This document shows, in pieces, positions 8,947 to 19,442 of a DNA stretch of 64,000 nucleotides (within the stretch, counting starts at the first letter, position 1; each line of letters begins with the position of its first letter). The stretch lies in NCBI GenBank assembly GCA_965116495.1, contig OZ220696.1, positions 2,432,001-2,496,000 on the forward strand, read 5' to 3'. The notes below the pieces were generated by a model, which had not been told where the DNA came from, did no database searches, and saw only the letters and a program-made list of their open reading frames with translations. This stretch comes from Gammaproteobacteria bacterium (GTDB taxonomy: Bacteria > Pseudomonadota > Gammaproteobacteria > Eutrophobiales > Eutrophobiaceae). A program made the translations under genes and the position numbers.

Positions 8947-10413
8947 ATGGCCAAACCAGAAAGAGTGCCGGGAACACAGGGTAGTCAGGAAGGGATAAGC
9001 CGTAGAGGTGTGCTAGGCGGTATGGCGGTCATCGGCAGCGCGGTTGCCGCGGGGTCCGCGATGCAGGGTTGTACGACCGGTAAGGATGCTGGAACACCGG
9101 ATGTCATTGTCATTGGGGGAGGATTCGCAGGCTGCGTCTGCGCGCGCGACCTGGCTCACAGGGGTCACAATGTCACATTGCTCGAAGCGAAGGGGCGGCT
9201 TGGCGGCCGGGCTTTCACCTCGGAATTTGCAGGGAAGCTTTACGAGGTCGGCGCACTGATGTTGTCCTGGAAGGAACCCTTCATATGGGCAGAGGTCACC
9301 CGTTACGGACTCGAAATAGAGCCTATTTCCGGCGCCCTGGCGCCGGAGTTGTGTTACTGGATTACCGACGGCAAGAGCATGAGCGGCGCCCCTGAAGAAT
9401 TCTATGAAATTTGGGTGCCGCCGATTTTTAAATTTTTTGAGGATGCGGGAACTGTATTTCCCTATCCCTATGCGCCTTTGACAAACAGGGAAACTGTGGA
9501 GGAACTGGACAAGTTGTCTGTCATGGACCGGGTGATGACACTACCTACCCAGCAGGAGCGTGATTTCGCTGACAACTGGGCCTCAGCGCCGTTGGGACGT
9601 GCCGGGGCCGATGTCGGGCTCGCCTCATCGCTTGCACTCACGAGTGCCTTTGGCGGCGTTCAGTCGTCGTTGGAAGGAGCGAGTTATCGTTTGAAGAAAG
9701 GGTCAAGCCACCTGGTGGAGAAGATCGTTGAAGATGGCGGTTTTGAGTACCGCTTGCAGGCCCCCGTGTCCTCCATAGAACAATCCGGCACGGGAGTAAC
9801 GGTAGCGATTGAAGGCGGCGAAACGCTACAGGCATCAGTTGCCGTGTTGGCAGCACCCGTCAACACTTATGAAAATATCGAATTTACCCCGCCCCTGAGC
9901 CCGGACAAAATGACAGTCTCGAAGGGAAACATGGCCGGCGGACAAGGCATACATATCAACGCGCGGTTGAAAGGTAGGATGCCGCCGATACTGGCTGTCG
10001 CACCCAGTCACATGCCGCTGCACCTGCTGTTGACAACTGACATCCTGGAAGACAGTGTGATAGTCGACGGCTACGGGCCGGATGCGAAACTTTTTGACGG
10101 TGGAGACCCCCAGGCCGTTCAGGAGGTGATTCGCCAGTGGATTCCTGACGCCGAGGTTATGGAGACAGTTTCCTACAGGTGGGATCTCGATCATTATTCA
10201 CAGGGTACGTGGTGCGGCTTCGGCCCCGGTGTGCTCAGCAAGTACTTCGAAGCCCTGCGTGAACCGGAAGGCAATGTATATTTTGCGAGCGGTGACAGCG
10301 CAAGTGCTTTCAGGGGCTTTATGGAAGGTGCGGTCGAGTCGGGTGTGCGGGTTGCCCGGGATGTCCACAACGTTCTAAAAACCCGAAAAGAGAGCGAAGG
10401 CGCTTCTGTTTAA
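8947..10413 (+). CDS. Flavin monoamine oxidase-family oxidoreductase with Tat signal and lipobox
   Basis: SRRGVL twin-arginine, MQGC lipobox, GGGFAG...LLEA..RLGGR FAD motif, C-terminal GFMEGAVESG. Confidence 0.9.
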   Translation: MAKPERVPGTQGSQEGISRRGVLGGMAVIGSAVAAGSAMQGCTTGKDAGTPDVIVIGGGFAGCVCARDLAHRGHNVTLLEAKGRLGGRAFTSEFAGKLYEVGALMLSWKEPFIWAEVTRYGLEIEPISGALAPELCYWITDGKSMSGAPEEFYEIWVPPIFKFFEDAGTVFPYPYAPLTNRETVEELDKLSVMDRVMTLPTQQERDFADNWASAPLGRAGADVGLASSLALTSAFGGVQSSLEGASYRLKKGSSHLVEKIVEDGGFEYRLQAPVSSIEQSGTGVTVAIEGGETLQASVAVLAAPVNTYENIEFTPPLSPDKMTVSKGNMAGGQGIHINARLKGRMPPILAVAPSHMPLHLLLTTDILEDSVIVDGYGPDAKLFDGGDPQAVQEVIRQWIPDAEVMETVSYRWDLDHYSQGTWCGFGPGVLSKYFEALREPEGNVYFASGDSASAFRGFMEGAVESGVRVARDVHNVLKTRKESEGASV

Positions 10414-10490
10414 GCCACCTGGTTGCTCGCAATATACACGCCTGGCAGGTTTTTTTGACGTCAAGTCCATAGCACGGAATAAGTGACCCC

Positions 10491-10934
10491 ATGACATCTG
10501 TAGCCGGATGGTGGACGTTATTGTCCTGGAAGCAAAAATACGACGATGGCCGGGAGATGGCGCCATTCGGCGAAGACGTTGTCGGTCGCCTTTGCTACAG
10601 TGAAACGGGTAATTTTACCGTGATCATTTCGCGCAGCGACCGCCGGCCCTTCAAGACAGGCGGGCAATGGACTGCCGATAATAGCGAAAAGGCAAAGTCA
10701 TATGAAGGTATGCTGGCCTATTTCGGACGCTATGAATTCGACGGCAACAAGATGCTTCATCATGTCGAAGCCAGCCTTTACCCCAATTGGGCCGGACATA
10801 CCCAGATTCGTCTTGCCGCTATTGATAATGACATCCTGACCCTGAGTGCGCGTTTGGAAGAGGGAACAAGTGAGGCGAGAACAGCTGAACTGATCTGGAG
10901 GTGCTTAGGGGAGGATAGCGAAACTGGAGATTGA
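10491..10934 (+). CDS. Lipocalin-like domain protein
   Basis: GWW.L.SW, G.L.Y...G, AYFGRY, HHV..SL.PNW.G..Q.R motifs. Confidence 0.75.
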   Translation: MTSVAGWWTLLSWKQKYDDGREMAPFGEDVVGRLCYSETGNFTVIISRSDRRPFKTGGQWTADNSEKAKSYEGMLAYFGRYEFDGNKMLHHVEASLYPNWAGHTQIRLAAIDNDILTLSARLEEGTSEARTAELIWRCLGEDSETGD

Positions 10935-11061
10935 CGCCGAAACGGCGCGACTCCTTTACCCAGGTAACCTTTTGGCCCGGAGTTGAACATGGCAGAAAAA
11001 TTCATATCCGGGGAGCCGCCGGCCTGATCCAAAAGTCCCATAACTGAGAATTCAGAACATA

Positions 11062-12573
11062 TCAGTAGAGTTTGAACTTGTAATCCGGGTCGTCGATGAT
11101 TGCAAGTTCCCGTTTTGCCAGCTTGACCGCCAGTTCGTCCTGCAGGTCGGTTGCGTGCTCCAGCATTAGGTTGAGCTGCTGCCTGAGTTGTTCCCGGTAG
11201 TCGGCCTGGTAGTAAAGGTTCCCAGTTTCGCCGGGATCATTGACCATATCGAACAGGGCATTACTGCGCGCCCTGGGGTCCGCGGTAAAATCGCGCAATA
11301 TCAGTTTCCATGCTTCAGAGCGCATTGCGCGTTCGTCGTACCAAGAGTTGTCGATGGCGGCCTCCGGGACGTTCTGCATGAATACCGGAGCCGGCCAGTC
11401 GTCCGTACCCGATGTGACCTCGGCAATCAGGTCCCTGCCGTGAAACGGCGAGCCTTCGCGGCCGGTAATGATCTCCATGATACGGCTTTTCGTGTTAATG
11501 CCGGCGGCGCCAAGTATGGTCGGCGCGAGGTCGACCAGGTTGACGCCGGACTGCCAGGCTACGCCCTGCGGCAGTCCCGCGGGCCAGTGCATGATCATGG
11601 GTATCTTCGCGGCCTCATCGTAGGCGATGCCCATGCCCCGGTACGACCCCGGGCGTTCCTGAAACGAACCACCATGGTCGGTGGAGAGGATGATCAAGGT
11701 GTCATCCAGTAACCCCCGTTCTTCCAGGGTCTGCACAATACGCCCCACGTTGTGATCCAGGCTGGTTACGGATGCATAATAATTTTTGTGGTCTATCTCC
11801 CTGTCCCGGTACATTTCGGCAAATTTGCGCGGCGGCTGGAAAGGCGCGTGCGGGGTGTAGTAGGACTGGTAGAGGAAAAACGGCCGATCCACATTTTCCT
11901 GGATAAAACGAATGCCTTCAGCGGTCTGAATATCCTCGCGGTAAGCGGATTGGTCCGGTTCGCCGACCCAGTGCGGCATGAGTGAATTATACGACTTGAA
12001 CAGGTCGAAAAATCCGGGGTTGCCGGCGCCCAAGTGCCACTTGCCGATATGGGCGGTGGCATATCCCGAATTGGTGATGTATTTCACGAAGTTTATCGCC
12101 AGGTTGAAGCGCCCGTCGGCAAAGGGATCGGCAATCGGATCGTGGTACATGGTGGGCAGGTTCCCGGTAATGCCGGGTTCGTACATGGTCTTGCGCACCC
12201 CGTGGGCATGGGGATAGAGGCCGGTCATGATCGAAGCCCGCGCCGGACTGCACAGGGTGGCCGGCGTATAGGCATTGTCAAACCGGATGCCACGTTCGGC
12301 CAGCCTGTCTATATTGGGTGTTGCTACGTCCTTGTCCGAGTAAACGCCCAGCGCATCGCGCCGGGCCCAGTCAAACAGGATAAGCACAATATTGGGCGGG
12401 CGTTGCTGTCCGTTGTTATAGACAGGGTGAAGGGGAGAGTCCTGTGACCGGACTGCCAGGACCCCCACCAGAAAAAATGTGACAAGCGCGGCCAGGCACA
12501 GCCGGGCAGCCCCACGCATGGTATTGTTGTATAACACTTCTCTTGTATATTCCTGTCTGGAAATCGTTGCCAT
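11062..12573 (-). CDS. Cys-type sulfatase, secreted
   Basis: PNIVLI, CSPAR formylglycine motif, GKWHLG, PHAP, TDHG; N-terminal hydrophobic segment. Confidence 0.9.
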   Translation of the reverse strand: MATISRQEYTREVLYNNTMRGAARLCLAALVTFFLVGVLAVRSQDSPLHPVYNNGQQRPPNIVLILFDWARRDALGVYSDKDVATPNIDRLAERGIRFDNAYTPATLCSPARASIMTGLYPHAHGVRKTMYEPGITGNLPTMYHDPIADPFADGRFNLAINFVKYITNSGYATAHIGKWHLGAGNPGFFDLFKSYNSLMPHWVGEPDQSAYREDIQTAEGIRFIQENVDRPFFLYQSYYTPHAPFQPPRKFAEMYRDREIDHKNYYASVTSLDHNVGRIVQTLEERGLLDDTLIILSTDHGGSFQERPGSYRGMGIAYDEAAKIPMIMHWPAGLPQGVAWQSGVNLVDLAPTILGAAGINTKSRIMEIITGREGSPFHGRDLIAEVTSGTDDWPAPVFMQNVPEAAIDNSWYDERAMRSEAWKLILRDFTADPRARSNALFDMVNDPGETGNLYYQADYREQLRQQLNLMLEHATDLQDELAVKLAKRELAIIDDPDYKFKLY

Positions 12574-12676
12574 ACCTGTTCAGTAATATACTGTACTATG
12601 AGGAAGACCAGGCAAAGTACAATATCATCATACAGCCTGAAACATATTGATTCCGGGTTTGCAGTTTGTTGAACTA

Positions 12677-14026
12677 ATGAAAACCGCTCTCATTATGCTG
12701 ATTTTCAGCATCGTAATACAAGCTCTTTGCAGCCCCCTGGCTGCTGCTGCAACGTCGCCTAACATCATTTTGATCCTGGCCGATGATCTCGGCTATGGCG
12801 ATGTCGGCGCCTACGGTGCAACGCTGATCGAGACGCCCCACCTCGACAGGCTGGCAGCTGAAGGGGTACGTTTTACAAATTTTTATGCAAGCGCCAACGT
12901 CTGCAGCCCGTCCCGGGCCGGAATCATGACCGGCCGCTACGCAATTCGGGAGGGATTAGCCAACAAAACGATCACCGCCACAGACCGGCGTGGATTGCCT
13001 GACGGAGTGACGACGCTTGCATCGATGTTGAAACACAACGGTTATCGAACGGCATTGATCGGCAAGTGGCATCTCGGCCATCACTCACCGGGGCAACGCC
13101 CGAACGCACATGGTTTTGATTTGTTCTACGGGTTATTGCAGCCCAACGATGCCGCCGAGCTGATCATCTACCGCGATACCCGTCCTGCGGAGGAAACCGT
13201 TGACCAAAGTGCGCTGACCCGGCGCTTTACCGAAGAAGCCGTTGGCTTTATTGAGCGTAATTCAGGCGCGCCATTCTTTCTCTATATGTCTCACAGCGCG
13301 CCGCACATCCCCCTGGTGCCGTCCCCTGCCTTTGCAAATTCTTCCCGGGCGGGCGCCTACGGCGATGTGGTACAGGAGCTTGATTGGAGTGTTGGCGAGT
13401 TGCTCAGTGCCGTCCGCAGCAATGGCCTTGCCGACAACACGGTGATATTATTTACCAGCGATAACGGTCCGTTTCCCGAAGGCAGTACCGGCGGACTGCG
13501 CGGCGGAAAGGGCACCGGCTGGGACGGCGGCTACCGGGTGCCGTTCATCGCGCGCTGGCCGGGGCACATCGTGCCGGGAAGCACGGCAACCGCCATGGCC
13601 ATGAATATCGATTTTCTGCCGACTTTTGCGGCAATTGCCGGGCTATCGTTAGCGCCGTCGCTACAACTCGACGGCCGGAATATTCTGCCGTTACTGACCG
13701 GCGGCCCGGATCAGTCGCCGCATGAAGTATTGTATTTCTTCAATAATGAACGCATCGCCGCGCTGCGCACCCGGCGCTGGCGCTTGGTGCTGAGTGACTA
13801 TCCACCCTGGCGCGATGCGAAACCTGTTTTATTCGAAGCAACGAAGAACCGGTCGATACTGATGTTCGACATGCACAACGATCCCGGTGAGGAGTATGAC
13901 ATGTCCCGCGAACATGCGGGCGCCAGACAGCAACTCCTCATACACCTGGCGCGTGGGCGCGAGACACTCGAAAAGTTGTCGACCATCGGCGACGGCGAAA
14001 TGTATGAAGGCGTCGACAAAAACTGA
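12677..14026 (+). CDS. Arylsulfatase A-like sulfatase
   Basis: Signal peptide, ADDLGYGD, CSPSR, GKWHLG, SDNG. Confidence 0.92.
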   Translation: MKTALIMLIFSIVIQALCSPLAAAATSPNIILILADDLGYGDVGAYGATLIETPHLDRLAAEGVRFTNFYASANVCSPSRAGIMTGRYAIREGLANKTITATDRRGLPDGVTTLASMLKHNGYRTALIGKWHLGHHSPGQRPNAHGFDLFYGLLQPNDAAELIIYRDTRPAEETVDQSALTRRFTEEAVGFIERNSGAPFFLYMSHSAPHIPLVPSPAFANSSRAGAYGDVVQELDWSVGELLSAVRSNGLADNTVILFTSDNGPFPEGSTGGLRGGKGTGWDGGYRVPFIARWPGHIVPGSTATAMAMNIDFLPTFAAIAGLSLAPSLQLDGRNILPLLTGGPDQSPHEVLYFFNNERIAALRTRRWRLVLSDYPPWRDAKPVLFEATKNRSILMFDMHNDPGEEYDMSREHAGARQQLLIHLARGRETLEKLSTIGDGEMYEGVDKN

Positions 14027-15320
14027 CAAGAGAGTCTGGAGCTTACAGGTCGTCGGCCTGGTTTGCCTTTATTGTATCTCATTCACTACGGTTGCGAGTG
14101 AGCGGTTGCCGAACATTATTGTCGTGCTGGCAGACGACCTGGGTTACGGCGACCTGGGAGTTTACGGTTCCACGTTGCTGGAAACACCCCGGCTTGATGC
14201 AATGGCGCAGGAGGGTGTGATCCTGACGGACTTTTATGCGAGCGCCTCGAACTGCACACCGAGTCGCGCCGGCCTGTTGACCGGCCGCTACGCCATCCGC
14301 AGCGGACTGGCCCACCAGGTGCTTTTTGTCCACGACAGGCACGGTCTGCCCCGGGAAGAAGTCACCATTGCCGAAATGCTGCAGCCGCTGGGTTACCGCT
14401 CTGCAATCATCGGTAAATGGCATCTCGGCCATACCTCTGAGCATTGGCCTACAACCCAGGGCTTCGACCACTACTACGGGCTGCCGTACAGCAATAACCA
14501 GACCCCTCTGGCGCTGTATCGCAACGGCGCGAAGATTGAAGAACCTGTCCGGCAAGCGACCCTGACGGAACGCTACACCGCCGAAGCCATCCGTTTTATT
14601 GAACAGAACAGGGATCAGCCGTTCTTCATTTATCTCTCGCATACGGCGCCGCATGTCCCGCTGCATGTATCCGGGGACTTCACAGGCAAATCGCGCGGCG
14701 GTTTGTACGGCGACGCCGTCATGTCCCTGGACTGGAGTACGGGGGAGTTACTCGATGCATTGCAACGGCTTGGACTGGATGAACGGACACTGGTAATCTT
14801 CACCAGCGACAACGGTCCTTATCCGCAAGGAAGTGCCGGCGGCTTGCGCGGCAGCAAGGGCACACCATGGGAAGGCGGGTACCGGGTACCGTTTATCGCG
14901 CGCTGGCCCGGCAACATTCCTGCCGGCGCCATAGCAAACGGCATTTCGATGAACATAGATATCCTGCCGACACTGCAGGCCATAACCGGAGCCGTTTTAC
15001 CTGCGGGGATCGAACTGGACGGCAAAAACATCGAAGAACTGTTCCAGGGGAGTTCAGGTTCGCCACATGAGGTACTGTATTACTTCAGTGACGAACGCAT
15101 TGCCGCGCTGCGCACCCGGGACTGGAAAATGGTGGTGCAGGCGCGTTATCGCGGCATCGACCGCCGCTTACCGGAGCACGGCGTCCTGTTGCTGTTCGAT
15201 ATGCGGAAAGACCCCATGGAACGTTACAGCATGGAAGCGCATCGACCTGACAAATGGCGGGAATTGCACACCTACCTGGAACGCGGGCAACGTGAACTCG
15301 AATCGCTGGCGAAAAAGTGA
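14004..15320 (+). CDS. Arylsulfatase A-like sulfatase, tandem paralogue
   Basis: ADDLGYGD, CTPSR, GKWHLG, SDNG; likely start ATG 14004 overlapping the upstream gene. Confidence 0.92.
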   Translation: MKASTKTDKRVWSLQVVGLVCLYCISFTTVASERLPNIIVVLADDLGYGDLGVYGSTLLETPRLDAMAQEGVILTDFYASASNCTPSRAGLLTGRYAIRSGLAHQVLFVHDRHGLPREEVTIAEMLQPLGYRSAIIGKWHLGHTSEHWPTTQGFDHYYGLPYSNNQTPLALYRNGAKIEEPVRQATLTERYTAEAIRFIEQNRDQPFFIYLSHTAPHVPLHVSGDFTGKSRGGLYGDAVMSLDWSTGELLDALQRLGLDERTLVIFTSDNGPYPQGSAGGLRGSKGTPWEGGYRVPFIARWPGNIPAGAIANGISMNIDILPTLQAITGAVLPAGIELDGKNIEELFQGSSGSPHEVLYYFSDERIAALRTRDWKMVVQARYRGIDRRLPEHGVLLLFDMRKDPMERYSMEAHRPDKWRELHTYLERGQRELESLAKK

Positions 15321-15433
15321 ACCACTCCGATCTCAACTGGATAACAACGAAGTTTGCTTCCATATTAAACGCAGCATTTAACAAGGCAGCGATTAAGACT
15401 TAAAAAATCTCAACCATTGCATTACCTCGCTTT

Positions 15434-15467
15434 GTTATTTAAACTTAGACCATTAAAGTTTAATAAC
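15434..15467. promoter_or_regulatory. AT-rich inverted repeat upstream of the Fic gene (putative operator)
   Basis: gttatttaaactt-N9-aagtttaataac, about 40 bp before the ATG. Confidence 0.4.
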
Positions 15468-15507
15468 GTTCCCGGCTATTCAGAAACTTTTAATAAGAGA
15501 CACCCTT

Positions 15508-16671
15508 ATGCAGCGCAAGGAAACAGGCCGATATGAAACCATAAGTATTGTGGGCGAACGAGTCCGCGCCTTTGTGCCGGCGCCATTGCCACCTGAACCC
15601 ACCCTGACGTTGGATGGCTCATTCCAGCGTCTGCTTGAAACGGCGATGCTTGCATTAGGCCGCCTTGACGGAATAACGACACTGCTGCCGGACAAGACCC
15701 TGTTTTTGTACTCTTATGTACGTAAGGAAGCAGTGCTTTCCTCCCAGATCGAGGGAACACAATCGTCTTTTTCTGACCTGTTGCTCTTCGAACTGGATGA
15801 AGCGCCCGGAGCGCCACTTGAGGACGCGCTCGAAGTTTCAAACTATGTCGCGGCGCTGGAACATGGCCTACGCCGTTTGAAAGAAGGTTTTCCATTATCC
15901 AACCGGCTAATTCGAGAGATTCACGGAGTACTTTTATCCAGTGGGCGCGGCAGTACAAAAGATCCCGGGGAATTTCGCCGTTCGCAGAACTGGATCGGTG
16001 GCTCCAGACCAGGTAATGCTGTTTTCGTGCCGGCGCCGCCCAGCGCGGTACCCGACTGCATGTCCGCGTTGGAACGTTTTCTTCACACTGAAGATGACGG
16101 ATTACCGACACTGCTTCGGGCCGGACTTGCTCACGTGCAGTTTGAAACCATACACCCCTTTCTTGACGGCAACGGGCGCGTGGGACGCTTGCTCGTGACG
16201 CTCCTGTTATGTCATGCCGAAACATTAAGCGAACCCCTTTTGTACCTGAGTCTCTATCTCAAGCAACACAGGAATGAATACTACCGGCAATTGAACCAGG
16301 TCCGCCAAACCGGCGATTGGGAGACATGGCTGAGCTTCTTTCTGGAGGGAGTAAAACAGACCGCTGAGGGCGCAGTCAGCACGGCCCAACGCTTGTCCCG
16401 GATGTTTCAGGATGACCGCATTCGTATTGAAACGATCGGACGCCGCGCCGGGTCAGCCTTGCGTCTATACGAGGCGCTTAAGACGAACCCCATACTGAGG
16501 CTGTCGGCGGCCAAACATCTTTCCGGACTCTCTTTTCCCACCACTTCCTCAGCCATGGAAGCGCTTGTCCGGCTGGGAATCGCACGGGAGATCACCGGAA
16601 AGCGCCGTGATCGGCTGTTCGTGTACGACCAGTATCTTTCCATTTTCAACGAAGGCACGGAGGTGACGTAA
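15508..16671 (+). CDS. Fic-family protein (class II, N-terminal inhibitory helix, C-terminal HTH)
   Basis: HPFLDGNGRVGR catalytic motif; SSQIEG inhibitory motif. Confidence 0.93.
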   Translation: MQRKETGRYETISIVGERVRAFVPAPLPPEPTLTLDGSFQRLLETAMLALGRLDGITTLLPDKTLFLYSYVRKEAVLSSQIEGTQSSFSDLLLFELDEAPGAPLEDALEVSNYVAALEHGLRRLKEGFPLSNRLIREIHGVLLSSGRGSTKDPGEFRRSQNWIGGSRPGNAVFVPAPPSAVPDCMSALERFLHTEDDGLPTLLRAGLAHVQFETIHPFLDGNGRVGRLLVTLLLCHAETLSEPLLYLSLYLKQHRNEYYRQLNQVRQTGDWETWLSFFLEGVKQTAEGAVSTAQRLSRMFQDDRIRIETIGRRAGSALRLYEALKTNPILRLSAAKHLSGLSFPTTSSAMEALVRLGIAREITGKRRDRLFVYDQYLSIFNEGTEVT

Positions 16672-16711
16672 TGCACTGTATCAGTGTGTTCCGATTGGCA
16701 GAGGACGAGAC

Positions 16712-17359
16712 ATGACGCCGGCGCGTTTTGTAAAGGAATTAACCAGCCTGAAATTTAACCATACGTTCAACCCTTATTCTGACCGATGCGCTGTCCACGA
16801 CCTGGATGGCGCGCCACGTAGCCGGTCACAGACATTACAGGCTATGCTTGAGGCAGCAACGGAACGGGAAATTGATTCCTTGTGGATTGGGAGAGATCTT
16901 GGTTATCGCGGCGGCAGGAGGACAGGGCTTGCCCTGACTGACGACGTGCATGTTCAGACTCACGCCGAACGCTGGGAGTTGTCGGTTGAGCGGCCAACGA
17001 AGGGCGGAGAAGTCGCCGAACAAACTGCAGCCATCGTCTGGCGGGTTCTCTCACAAATCAAGGTACCTGTTTTTCTTTGGAATGTTTTCCCGTTACATCC
17101 TCACGAACCCGGCAATCCTTTCAGCAATCGTTCTCATAATGCTCGCGAACGCAGGGCCGGGGAAGAATTTCTCTCTGAGCTCATCCTGCTTTTGAAACCA
17201 TGCCGGCTTGTTGCAATCGGCAATGACGCGGCGCGAGCTGCACGTCATTTAGATGATCAACAGGGAGTCATCCAGGTGCGGCATCCCAGCTATGGCGGAC
17301 AGACACAATTTTTGACACAAATGGGTGAATTGTACGACCTGTCTGGAAATAGCGCATAG
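16712..17359 (+). CDS. Uracil-DNA glycosylase superfamily protein
   Basis: FNPY, GRDLGYRGGRRTG (variant motif 1), WNVFPLHPH, VAIG, RHPSYGG (motif 2). Confidence 0.8.
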   Translation: MTPARFVKELTSLKFNHTFNPYSDRCAVHDLDGAPRSRSQTLQAMLEAATEREIDSLWIGRDLGYRGGRRTGLALTDDVHVQTHAERWELSVERPTKGGEVAEQTAAIVWRVLSQIKVPVFLWNVFPLHPHEPGNPFSNRSHNARERRAGEEFLSELILLLKPCRLVAIGNDAARAARHLDDQQGVIQVRHPSYGGQTQFLTQMGELYDLSGNSA

Positions 17360-17370
17360 GAAATTGAGAC

Positions 17371-19440
17371 GTGATGTATAAACCGGAACGCGCCCTGGAA
17401 CTGCTGAGATTGGGATCCGGGCTGCCTGGTGCAGAGTTCCGGGAGGGTCAGGAAGGAGCCATCCGACATATCGTGGCGGGAAATGGTCGTCTGTTGGTTG
17501 TGCAAAAAACGGGCTGGGGTAAAAGCTTTGTTTATTTCATTGCAACGAAACTGCTACGTGAAGCGGGTATGGGTCCGGGGCTTCTCATCAGTCCTCTACT
17601 ATCACTTATGCGTAACCAGATAGCCGCGGCAATGCGTATGGGTGTTCACGCGGAAACTGTTAATTCTGATAACCAGGACCGCTGGGAGAAGGTTGAAAAT
17701 GCCATAGATCGTAATGAGGTAGATATACTGCTTATCTCACCCGAAAGGCTCGCCAATGAACATTTTCGCACCCAGGTACTGGCAAAGATCAGCAATCGGA
17801 TCGCGCTCCTTGTGATTGATGAAGCGCATTGTATCTCTGACTGGGGTCACGACTTTCGCCCACACTACCGGTTAATCGAACGCATCATCCGCTTCTTGCC
17901 GCCTAATCTCCGTCTGTTGGCGACAACGGCAACGGCGAATAACCGGGTAATTGATGATTTGACAGAAGTACTTGGCCCAAACCTGGAAATATCACGTGGT
18001 GATCTCAACCGGCCCTCCCTTACTCTTCAGACAATCCGTTTGCCGACCCAGGCTGAACGACTCGCATGGTTAGCCGAACAGTTACCTGTGCTACCAGGTA
18101 ACGGGATAATTTATGCACTCACAAAACGTGATGTGGAACAGGTAAGTGAATGGCTGAAATCCTGTGGGTTGAATGTTGCCGCATATACGAGCGAGACAGG
18201 TGACCTGCGGCCTCAGTTAGAAGATGCACTTCTTCAAAACAAGGTAAAGGCACTGGTCGCAACAACAGCATTGGGAATGGGTTTCGACAAACCGGACTTG
18301 GCTTTTGTTATTCACTACCAGACACCAGGATCTGCAGTAGCCTATTACCAGCAGGTCGGTCGCGCGGGGAGGGCACTTGCCGCAGCATACGGAGTGCTGT
18401 TGGGCGGACAGGAGGAAACCGAGATCACTGACTACTTTATCAAGAGTGCATTTCCAACACGCGAGGAAGTGCAGGAAATACTGGATGCCTTGGAGAATGA
18501 ACCTGGAGGGTTGTCAGTTCCCATGATTGAGGCAACGGTCAACATCAGTAACAAGCGTATAAAGAAGACCACACTGCTCCTTTCTTTGGAAGCGCCTGCT
18601 CCCATTGCCAAGCAAGGAACCAAGTGGCAACTGACCCCTGAAACACTGAGTCCCACCTTCTGGGAACGAGCAGAGCGTCTAACGGAACTACGAAGAGTGG
18701 AACAGGAGCAAATGCAGGAATACGCAGGGTTGACTTCCAATCACATGAACTTCCTTATTCAAGCGCTGGATGGGAAACCAAGCAGTATCCTTCCACCAAG
18801 CTTGCCACCTTTAGCCACGGAACCTGATACGGTGCTGGTTCGGAAAGCGGTCGCTTTCCTGCGGCGCACGAGTCTATCGTTCGAACCGAGAAAGCAGTGG
18901 CCGTCCGGAGGGTTGCAGCATTACAATTTATCCGGGCGAATAGCTTCTGGTCTACAGGCTCAACCTGGCAAGGCGCTTTGCATTTGGGGCGACGCCGGTT
19001 GGGGTGGTTTAGTACGAGAAGGGAAATATCATGATGGATACTTCTCCGATGAACTGGTAGATGCTTGTCACGAATTGATCAAAAAATGGAACCCAAAACC
19101 CTTCCCGGAATGGGTGACTTGTATTCCTTCACGACGTCATCCGGATCTGGCGCCTGATTTTACCAAGCGTCTTGCCAAATCTCTTAACCTCCCGTTCAAG
19201 CAGGTATTAGTCAAGACAGAAGACCGCCCGGAGCAAAAGACAATGGCGAACAGCGCTCAACAGGCCCGTAACATTGACGGTTCGCTGGCGCTGACCGATG
19301 AGGTATTGAGTGACAAGCCATTGTTGCTTGTGGACGACATGGTAGACTCACGCTGGACTTTCACTATTGCAGCCTGGTTGCTCCGATCAAATCATAGCAG
19401 TGAGGTGTGGCCGTTGGCGCTTGCCCAAGTGGGAAACTGA
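17371..19440 (+). CDS. psyrT: RecQ-like helicase fused to a C-terminal phosphoribosyltransferase domain (PsyrT/RqlH toxin)
   Basis: QKTGWGKS Walker [28 protein letters not shown]-binding [12 protein letters not shown]; followed by a DprA-like gene. Confidence 0.88.
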   Translation: MMYKPERALELLRLGSGLPGAEFREGQEGAIRHIVAGNGRLLVVQKTGWGKSFVYFIATKLLREAGMGPGLLISPLLSLMRNQIAAAMRMGVHAETVNSDNQDRWEKVENAIDRNEVDILLISPERLANEHFRTQVLAKISNRIALLVIDEAHCISDWGHDFRPHYRLIERIIRFLPPNLRLLATTATANNRVIDDLTEVLGPNLEISRGDLNRPSLTLQTIRLPTQAERLAWLAEQLPVLPGNGIIYALTKRDVEQVSEWLKSCGLNVAAYTSETGDLRPQLEDALLQNKVKALVATTALGMGFDKPDLAFVIHYQTPGSAVAYYQQVGRAGRALAAAYGVLLGGQEETEITDYFIKSAFPTREEVQEILDALENEPGGLSVPMIEATVNISNKRIKKTTLLLSLEAPAPIAKQGTKWQLTPETLSPTFWERAERLTELRRVEQEQMQEYAGLTSNHMNFLIQALDGKPSSILPPSLPPLATEPDTVLVRKAVAFLRRTSLSFEPRKQWPSGGLQHYNLSGRIASGLQAQPGKALCIWGDAGWGGLVREGKYHDGYFSDELVDACHELIKKWNPKPFPEWVTCIPSRRHPDLAPDFTKRLAKSLNLPFKQVLVKTEDRPEQKTMANSAQQARNIDGSLALTDEVLSDKPLLLVDDMVDSRWTFTIAAWLLRSNHSSEVWPLALAQVGN

Positions 19441-19442
19441 GG

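Noticed and set aside
10778-11041. 87-aa minus-strand ORF between the lipocalin-like gene and the sulfatase
   Set aside because: Mostly overlaps the lipocalin-like gene; no motif support
13887-14003. Long N-terminal extensions in the ORF track (this sulfatase, also priA 27887, atpB 42804, dprA 19407, 54092)
   Set aside because: They overlap upstream genes or lack family similarity; downstream starts fit better
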